Below are positions 58,456-64,000 of a DNA stretch of 64,000 nucleotides, in pieces (the stretch's first letter is position 1; the number at the start of each line of letters is the position of its first letter). Origin of the DNA: Caulobacteraceae bacterium (GTDB taxonomy: Bacteria > Pseudomonadota > Alphaproteobacteria > Caulobacterales > Caulobacteraceae); contig CBDIDP010000014.1 in the NCBI GenBank assembly GCA_965277785.1, positions 570,299 through 634,298 on the forward strand. The letters run 5' to 3'. Position numbers and translations under genes: made by a program. The notes below the pieces were generated by a model. It did no database searches, was not told where the DNA came from, and saw only the letters and a program-made list of their open reading frames with translations.

Positions 58456-59706
58456 TTATTCGAGCCGGTCGGCTTTGCGCAAGGCCGGAAACATCCACGC
58501 CCAGAGGCCCGTCGCCGCCAGGGCGCCGACCCCGCCGAACACCGCCGCCCCGACCACGCCCAGCAGGCGCGCGGCGATGCCGCTCTCGAATTCCCCCAGC
58601 TCGTTGGAGGCTCCGACGAACAGGCCGGAGACCGCGCCGACCCGGCCGCGCATGGCGTCCGGCGTGGTGAGCTGGATCAGGGTGTTGCGGATGAAGACGC
58701 TGAGCATATCCGCCGCGCCGAGGATCGCCAGCGCCACGACCGAGACCCACAGAAATTTCGAGACGCCGAACACCACGGTGGCCGCGCCGAACACGCCGAC
58801 GCCGCCGAACATCACCCACCCCGCGCGCCGGGCGACCGGCCGCCTTGCGATGTAGATCCCGACCGCTGTCGCGCCGATCGCCGGCGCCGCGCGCAGCAGG
58901 CCGAAGCCCTCGGCGCCGACGTGGAGCACGTCCTTGGCGAAGGCCGGCAGCAGGGCCGTGGCGCCGCCCAGGATCACCGCGGCCAAATCGAGGGAGATCG
59001 CCCCGAAGATGATCTTCTTTTCCCAGACGTAGGTCAGGCCCTCCTTGACCATCTCCATGCGCGAGCCGGTCGGCGCCTCCGGCCGGGTCGGGCGGCGGAT
59101 CAGGGCGAGGCAGACGACCGCCGCGACATAGACCCCGAGCACGGCGGCGTAGGCCGCGCCCGGCGAGATCGCGATCAGCAGGCCCGCCACCGCCGGCCCG
59201 GCGATCGAGGCCGATTGCCAGGCCAGCGAATTGAAGGCGATGGCGCGCGGCAGCAGATGCCGGGGAACCAGCATCGGTCCGAGCGCGCCGCCGGCGGGGG
59301 AGAAATAGGCGCGGGAGGTCCCGAACAGCACCGCCACCGCCAGCAGCAGCGGCACGCTGGCGTGGCCGGCGAACGCGGCCCACACCAGGATGGCGATGGC
59401 GATCAGTTCGCCGGCGTAGCAGATCATCAGCACGCCCCGCCGATCGTGCCGGTCCGCCGCCTCTCCGGCCGGCAGCGCCAGCAGCAGGAGTGGGATGAAG
59501 GTCACCAGCCCGATCAGGCTCACATTGAGCGCCGAGGCGCCGACATTCAGCGTTCGCCGGGAAACGGCGTAGATCTGCCAGCCCATGGTGACGCCCTGGA
59601 TCTGCGAGCCCAGAGTGCCCAGCCAGCGCGAACACCAGAACAGGACGTAGTCCCGCTCGCGCAGCAGGGCGCGGGCCGATGTGGGCGAAAGCGCGGGAGG
59701 CGGCAT
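58456..59706 (-). CDS. MFS transporter (EntS/DHA3-like)
   Basis: Multiple TM segments; AADRHDRR; TPDAMRGRV; SNELGEFESG. Confidence 0.9.
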   Translation of the reverse strand: MPPPALSPTSARALLRERDYVLFWCSRWLGTLGSQIQGVTMGWQIYAVSRRTLNVGASALNVSLIGLVTFIPLLLLALPAGEAADRHDRRGVLMICYAGELIAIAILVWAAFAGHASVPLLLAVAVLFGTSRAYFSPAGGALGPMLVPRHLLPRAIAFNSLAWQSASIAGPAVAGLLIAISPGAAYAAVLGVYVAAVVCLALIRRPTRPEAPTGSRMEMVKEGLTYVWEKKIIFGAISLDLAAVILGGATALLPAFAKDVLHVGAEGFGLLRAAPAIGATAVGIYIARRPVARRAGWVMFGGVGVFGAATVVFGVSKFLWVSVVALAILGAADMLSVFIRNTLIQLTTPDAMRGRVGAVSGLFVGASNELGEFESGIAARLLGVVGAAVFGGVGALAATGLWAWMFPALRKADRLE

Positions 59707-59775
59707 CGGGGCTAATAGCGGCAGGCCCCGGCCGTGGGCAACGCCGGCCCGGCCAGCGGCGTCCGTATCTTTAGT

Positions 59776-59923
59776 TACTCCTCACCCGCTCTCTTGCGGG
59801 GGAGGTGGCGCGGCGCTCTTTCTTGCGCCGTGACGGAGGGGGCGCGGGGCCACCAGACACGGTGCTTGCGGACTCAGCAGGCCTGGCCTTGCGCCCCCTC
59901 CCCCGCAAGAGGGCGGTGGAGGA
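59776..59923. repeat. Rearranged family B element
   Basis: Arm TACTCCTCACCCG...GACGGAGGGGGCGCG followed by an internally deleted arm GCGCCCCCTCCCCCGCAAG...GGTGGAGG. Confidence 0.75.
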
Positions 59924-60573
59924 GCGATTTCAGGAACCGATGATCCGCGGGATCGGCACTCGAAGTCCGGTCCGCCAAACTTCGACGTGCTCCAGTCGTC
60001 CTCGGCGCCGAGGTCAGCGCGGATATGCTCGACGGTTTCCCGGAAGGGCGCGCGGGGAAGGATGTCCGGGCGTTCGATGTCGAGACGCTCGGTCTCGCGG
60101 CGGTCCGTTTCGCCGTCAGCGTCACGATTCCTCAAGCAAGAGCCGGCGGGACGCCGGCGGACCAGAAGGCCCTCTTGGTCCGCCGGCGTCTCGCCGGCAC
60201 CTCTGCTGACCGCAACTCCGCCGATGTGGGTGACGACGCCGGCGCGAATGTCGCGCACGATCTCGGCGACCTTCATCTCCAGCATCAGGGTCAGGCGCAC
60301 GGCGCGGGTGACCTTCTGCAAGGACTCCGCCGCATCCTTGGCGCCGCAGGCGTTGGCGCGGCCGACCTCGGGCCTGAAATACTTATCGTCGAGAATAGCC
60401 TCCGCCGCCTTGGCCGAGGCCACCGCAGAAGCGGTGAACACCCGCGCCGCCGTCATCGCCATCTCCGCCAGCTCGCCCAGCATCGCGAGCTGGCGCTCGG
60501 CGATGTCGAGGGTGGGGTCGACGGAGGTGTCGCGCTGGGTAAGACTGTCGTAGGCCACACCAGATATTTGCAC
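59782..60573 (-). CDS. Hypothetical helical protein whose C-terminus is repeat-derived
   Basis: RQLAMLGELAEMAM...QKVTRAVRLTLMLE core; start uncertain (GTG 60573). Confidence 0.6.
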   Translation of the reverse strand: MQISGVAYDSLTQRDTSVDPTLDIAERQLAMLGELAEMAMTAARVFTASAVASAKAAEAILDDKYFRPEVGRANACGAKDAAESLQKVTRAVRLTLMLEMKVAEIVRDIRAGVVTHIGGVAVSRGAGETPADQEGLLVRRRPAGSCLRNRDADGETDRRETERLDIERPDILPRAPFRETVEHIRADLGAEDDWSTSKFGGPDFECRSRGSSVPEIAPPPPSCGGGGARPGLLSPQAPCLVAPRPLRHGARKSAAPPPPQESG

Positions 60574-60637
60574 ATTGATATGTATCGCGTCAAGAGCCCA
60601 GGACGAATAGACATTAAGGGTTTTGCGGAACGACACC

Positions 60638-60685
60638 TTGTCATCCCCGACGAGCCGCTGGAGCGGCGAAGATCGGGGATGACAA
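60638..60685. repeat. Short family C palindrome
   Basis: TTGTCATCCCCGA...TCGGGGATGACAA; same ends as 48857-49111. Confidence 0.8.
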
Positions 60686-60781
60686 CGGGTGGCCTTGCGC
60701 AGGCGGCTGCTTCATCGACCTGAAGCAAATACGCGGAAATCCCCGAGGAACGATCCGTCGCGGAATAAACTATGAGCGTTC

Positions 60782-61294
60782 ATGTCCCGCCCCCGACTAC
60801 ACGTCGAAACGCTGGAAGACACCGCCGAGGCCGACGCCCTGGTGGCGCGCGCGTTCGGTCCCGGGCGGTTCGCCAAAGCCGCCGAGCGGCTCCGCGAAGG
60901 GCGCCCCCAGCTGTGCGACCTGTGTGTCGTCGCCCGGCGGGATGGAGAGTTGGTCGGCTGCGTACGGCAGTGGCCGATCACCGTCGGCGACACGCCGGCT
61001 CTGCTGCTGGGGCCGATCGCCGTTGACGCGGACCATCGGAGCCACGGCCTGGGCGCCGCCCTGGTGCGCCGCGCGCGCGAGGTGGCCGACGCCGCCGGGT
61101 TCCGACATACCCTGCTGGTCGGCGATCTGGAGTTTTTCGGACCGCTGGGGTTCGCGGTGGCGACCGGCGTGACCCTTCCTGGACCCGTGGACCCGCGCCG
61201 GGTCCTGGCGCGCTCGCCTCCTGGCGACGCGCTGATCGGTGGCGCGCGGGGTGGAACCGCGATTTCGCTCGCCCGTTTCCAAGGCCAAGCTTGA
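60782..61294 (+). CDS. GNAT N-acetyltransferase (YhbS-like)
   Basis: AFGPGRFAKAAERLREG, LLGPIAVD...RSHGLG, LLVGDL.FF. Confidence 0.9.
   Translation: MSRPRLHVETLEDTAEADALVARAFGPGRFAKAAERLREGRPQLCDLCVVARRDGELVGCVRQWPITVGDTPALLLGPIAVDADHRSHGLGAALVRRAREVADAAGFRHTLLVGDLEFFGPLGFAVATGVTLPGPVDPRRVLARSPPGDALIGGARGGTAISLARFQGQA
61253..61277 (+). promoter_or_regulatory. SigT/EcfG general-stress promoter
   Basis: Exact GGAAC-N16-CGTT, 35 nt upstream of the DUF3309 start. Confidence 0.6.
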
Positions 61295-61312
61295 CCCGAT
61301 GGAGACGCAATC

Positions 61313-61468
61313 GTGCTCGGCACAATCCTGATCATCGTGCTCATCCTTTTCCTCATCGGCGCCCTGCCGACCTGGGGGCACAGCCGCTCCTGGGGCTATT
61401 TCCCGAGCGGCGGCCTCGGCCTCATCCTGCTGATCGTCATCATCCTGGTGCTGATCGGACGGCTATAG
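61313..61468 (+). CDS. DUF3309 family 51-aa membrane protein
   Basis: MLGTILIIVLILFLIGALPTWGHSRSWGYFPSGGLGLILLIVIILVLIGRL; GGAG RBS; not in the ORF track. Confidence 0.92.
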   Translation: MLGTILIIVLILFLIGALPTWGHSRSWGYFPSGGLGLILLIVIILVLIGRL

Positions 61469-61527
61469 CCGCCCGTGGCGCGATCTTACGTCTCGGGTTA
61501 AGCTTGCTCGCCAGGGGAGGGCGGGCG

Positions 61528-62136
61528 TTGAAGCTGTACTATTCACAAAACCTCAATCCACGCGTCGCCGTCTGCGTGGCGCGGTATTTGAAGTCGCCGG
61601 TGGACTACATCGCCGCCAGTCCGCGCGACCCGGCGAACACAGAGGCGTTCCGAGCGATCAACCCCAACACCCTGGTGCCGGTGCTGGTCGATGGCGACCG
61701 GCGGCTGTGGGAGACGGACGCCATCGCCTGCTACCTGTCGCGGGTGGCGGGATCGGACTTCTGGCGCGCCGGCGACGATGCGCCGGAGATGGTCATGTGG
61801 CTGAGCTGGGCGGCCTATCATTTCAACAACGCCGGCGGCGCGCTGTACTTCGACAAGCTGATCCGGCCGCGCATCGGTCTGGAACCCGCCGATCCGAAGT
61901 TCGTCGCCCAGTCGCTGAGCGACTTCCGGGAGTATGCCAAGGTGCTCGACGGCGAACTGGCCGGGCGCGAGTGGCTGCTGGGCGACCGCCTGTCCTACGC
62001 CGACTTCCGCGTGGCGACCCCATTGCCGTTTGCCGAGGGCGCGGGCATGCCGGTGGAGGAGTTTCCCAACATCGTCCGCTGGAACGCGCGACTGACGGCG
62101 ATCGATGCGTGGCGGGAGCCGTTCGGGGGGTTGTGA
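61528..62136 (+). CDS. Glutathione S-transferase family protein
   Basis: INPNTLVPVL.D....LWETDAI..YL, WLLGDRLSYADF; TTG after GGAGG. Confidence 0.9.
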   Translation: MKLYYSQNLNPRVAVCVARYLKSPVDYIAASPRDPANTEAFRAINPNTLVPVLVDGDRRLWETDAIACYLSRVAGSDFWRAGDDAPEMVMWLSWAAYHFNNAGGALYFDKLIRPRIGLEPADPKFVAQSLSDFREYAKVLDGELAGREWLLGDRLSYADFRVATPLPFAEGAGMPVEEFPNIVRWNARLTAIDAWREPFGGL

Positions 62137-62210
62137 ACCGCGATTTCTTTGCGTAGCGTCGCCAGCGATTAGTACAGTTCACGTCCTTTAAAGAAGCGAG
62201 GAGATCAATC

Positions 62211-62774
62211 GTGGCCAACACGCGTCGTTCCCTGGTCGCGGCCCTGACCGGCCTGGCGATGACCTTTTCGTTCGGCCTCGCGCCGCTGACGGCGCATGCC
62301 TCGGCCGCGTCCCTGAGCGCCGCCGGGCGCCGGGCTCTCGACCGGCTTTACGCCAGCGACCCCCGCGCGCGGCGGATCGGGCGACGGGCGCACGCGATCC
62401 TGGTGTTTCCCGGCATCATCAAAGGAGCGTTCGTGTTCGGCGGCCAGACCGGCGACGGCGTGCTGCTGGTGCGCGGGCGCCCGGAACGCTTCTACAACAT
62501 CAGCGCCGCCTCGTGGGGCCTGCAGATCGGCGGCAAGCAGTTCAGCTACGCCCTGTTCTTCATGAACGACCACGCGCTGAACTACCTTCGAAAGAGCGCG
62601 GGTTTCGCGGTCGGCGCCGATCCCAGCATCGTGGTCGTCAACGTGGGCGCGGCCGCGAACGTCGACACCACCACCTTGAGCCAGGACGTCTATGCCTTCC
62701 CGTTCGGAGCCAAGGGCCTGCTGGCCGGCATCTCCATCCAAGGCTCGAAAATCACCCCGATAAATCCCAGCTAG
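62211..62774 (+). CDS. Exported YSC84/SYLF lipid-binding domain protein
   Basis: ILVFP.IIKGAFVFGG, ASWGLQIG, GLLAGISIQGSKI. Confidence 0.85.
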   Translation: MANTRRSLVAALTGLAMTFSFGLAPLTAHASAASLSAAGRRALDRLYASDPRARRIGRRAHAILVFPGIIKGAFVFGGQTGDGVLLVRGRPERFYNISAASWGLQIGGKQFSYALFFMNDHALNYLRKSAGFAVGADPSIVVVNVGAAANVDTTTLSQDVYAFPFGAKGLLAGISIQGSKITPINPS

Positions 62775-63075
62775 CCCGGCGAGGTTCACGCCCCGAGACC
62801 CTCCGGCGGCACCCGGGACAGGTCGATCGCGCCTAGGCTGATGAAGGGTGGGGTTGGTTCGGGCGATTGCGCTAAGAGATGGAACTTGGGGACAGGAGCA
62901 ATGGTCCCAAAGCCAAATCCTGTCTCGACAAACACCACGTCGCATGCCGCCCCTTCCACCACCTTCGGTAGTCCCCCGTCCTTTTGGACGGGAGAGGAAT
63001 TAGGAGTGAGCGAGGCGGGGCGTCGGCGATGCCGCCTGTGTTTCCCTCGGGCGACTATACGGATAAGCTCTCGCC

Positions 63076-63423
63076 ATGAACGCCATTTCGTTCGACACGC
63101 TGAAGTTCGCTCGCACGCTGCAGGCGGACGGGACGTTCACCGACGCTCAGTCGGAGCGTCTGGTCGAGGCGCTTGGCGACATGCTGTCGTCCGACCTTGC
63201 CTCTAAGCAAGATGTCGGCGAAGTCAAAAGTGGGATCGGCGAGGTCAGGCATGAACTCCGCGAGCTTGACGGCCGTATTCGAGAGTCCGAACTTCGGTTG
63301 GAGACCAAGATTGCCGAGACCAAGGCGGAGATCATCAAGTGGTTTTTCGGCGTGGTCGGTATTCAGACCGCCGCGATCATCGGGTCGGTTTTGACGCTCG
63401 TGCGGGCCGGGCCTCACGGCTGA
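63076..63423 (+). CDS. DUF1640/CCDC90-like coiled-coil membrane protein
   Basis: FDTLKFARTL...FT..Q.E.LV, LASKQD, KAEIIKW..G plus a C-terminal TM segment. Confidence 0.8.
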   Translation: MNAISFDTLKFARTLQADGTFTDAQSERLVEALGDMLSSDLASKQDVGEVKSGIGEVRHELRELDGRIRESELRLETKIAETKAEIIKWFFGVVGIQTAAIIGSVLTLVRAGPHG

Positions 63424-63439
63424 CGGGCATGTTTCGCGA

Positions 63440-63588
63440 CCTCCCTACCCTTTATGGGGAGGATCGAGACGAAGCGAAGCAAAGTCCGGGGTGGGGAAGT
63501 GAGGAGACTTCCGAACAGCGCGTATGATCCGGACTTCCCCACCCCGCTCGTGTGCCGCGAATCGGCCCTCCCATGAAGGGGAGGAAGG
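63440..63588. repeat. Family A-related palindromic repeat
   Basis: GGGGTGGGGAAGT / ACTTCCCCACCCC inner arms; terminal CCCTTTATGGGGAGG / CCCTCCCATGAAGGG. Confidence 0.7.
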
Positions 63589-63598
63589 ATGTTGTGCC

Positions 63599-64000
63599 CT
63601 ACACCCCCAGGCTCTCCGGCGTGGCCCTGAACAGGTCGATCGCGCCCTGGCTGACCGCGCCGGCCAGCGCCGGGGCTCCGGCCAGGACCTGTTCGGAGAA
63701 CACCCGCGCCAGGCCGATCTTGGTGCGCCAGTAGTCGGCCGGCCCTTCGCCGGCGGCGATCTTGGCGGAGGCGGCCTCGGCGCCCTTGGCGAGCATCCAG
63801 CCGCCGACGACGTCGCCCAGCAGCTTGAGGTAGGGCGTGGCGCCGGCGAGGGCGTCGGGCGCGGCGTGGCCGCGGCGTTCGATCAGCCAGCCCGTGGCGG
63901 ACTGCACGGCGGCGAGGCCGGCCTCCAGCCGCGCGCCGATGGTGTGCAGCCAGGCGTCGTCGGCGCTCTTCAGGGCGGCGGCGGTGGCGACGATGTCGCT
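63599..64000 (-). CDS. Acyl-CoA dehydrogenase, C-terminal part (5' end outside window)
   Basis: ALAGATPYLKLLGDVVGGWMLA...K...ARVFSEQVL. Confidence 0.85.
   Translation of the reverse strand, partial: SDIVATAAALKSADDAWLHTIGARLEAGLAAVQSATGWLIERRGHAAPDALAGATPYLKLLGDVVGGWMLAKGAEAASAKIAAGEGPADYWRTKIGLARVFSEQVLAGAPALAGAVSQGAIDLFRATPESLGV

Overview
GC-rich (about 68-72% by eye) chromosomal segment of an alphaproteobacterium, most likely Caulobacteraceae. This is inferred from the hisS-hisZ-hisG, hisB-H-A-F-E, ftsK-lolA and tsaD-gpsA/hemC-hemD synteny and from CIR-like intergenic palindromes. The window holds about 60 genes, mostly housekeeping or metabolic, plus one tRNA-Thr(CGU). Accessory DNA sits among them: (i) a single-chain type IIG-like restriction-modification gene upstream of hisS; (ii) a composite low-GC patch at 33.2-36.0 kb with a small-protein/retropepsin pair, a frameshifted pseudogene and an orphan 523-aa P-loop NTPase; (iii) a RelE/ParE toxin-antitoxin pair wedged into an acyl-CoA operon; (iv) APH(6)-like and class A beta-lactamase genes. 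At least 14 non-autonomous palindromic elements of about 5 families are present. One is inserted in frame in hemD, another encodes the C-terminus of a hypothetical protein, and several supply stop codons. No transposase, integrase, CRISPR array or prophage was seen. The best candidates for new biology are the NTPase/retropepsin patch and the repeat-derived protein sequence. Family names come from motif recognition, not database searches.
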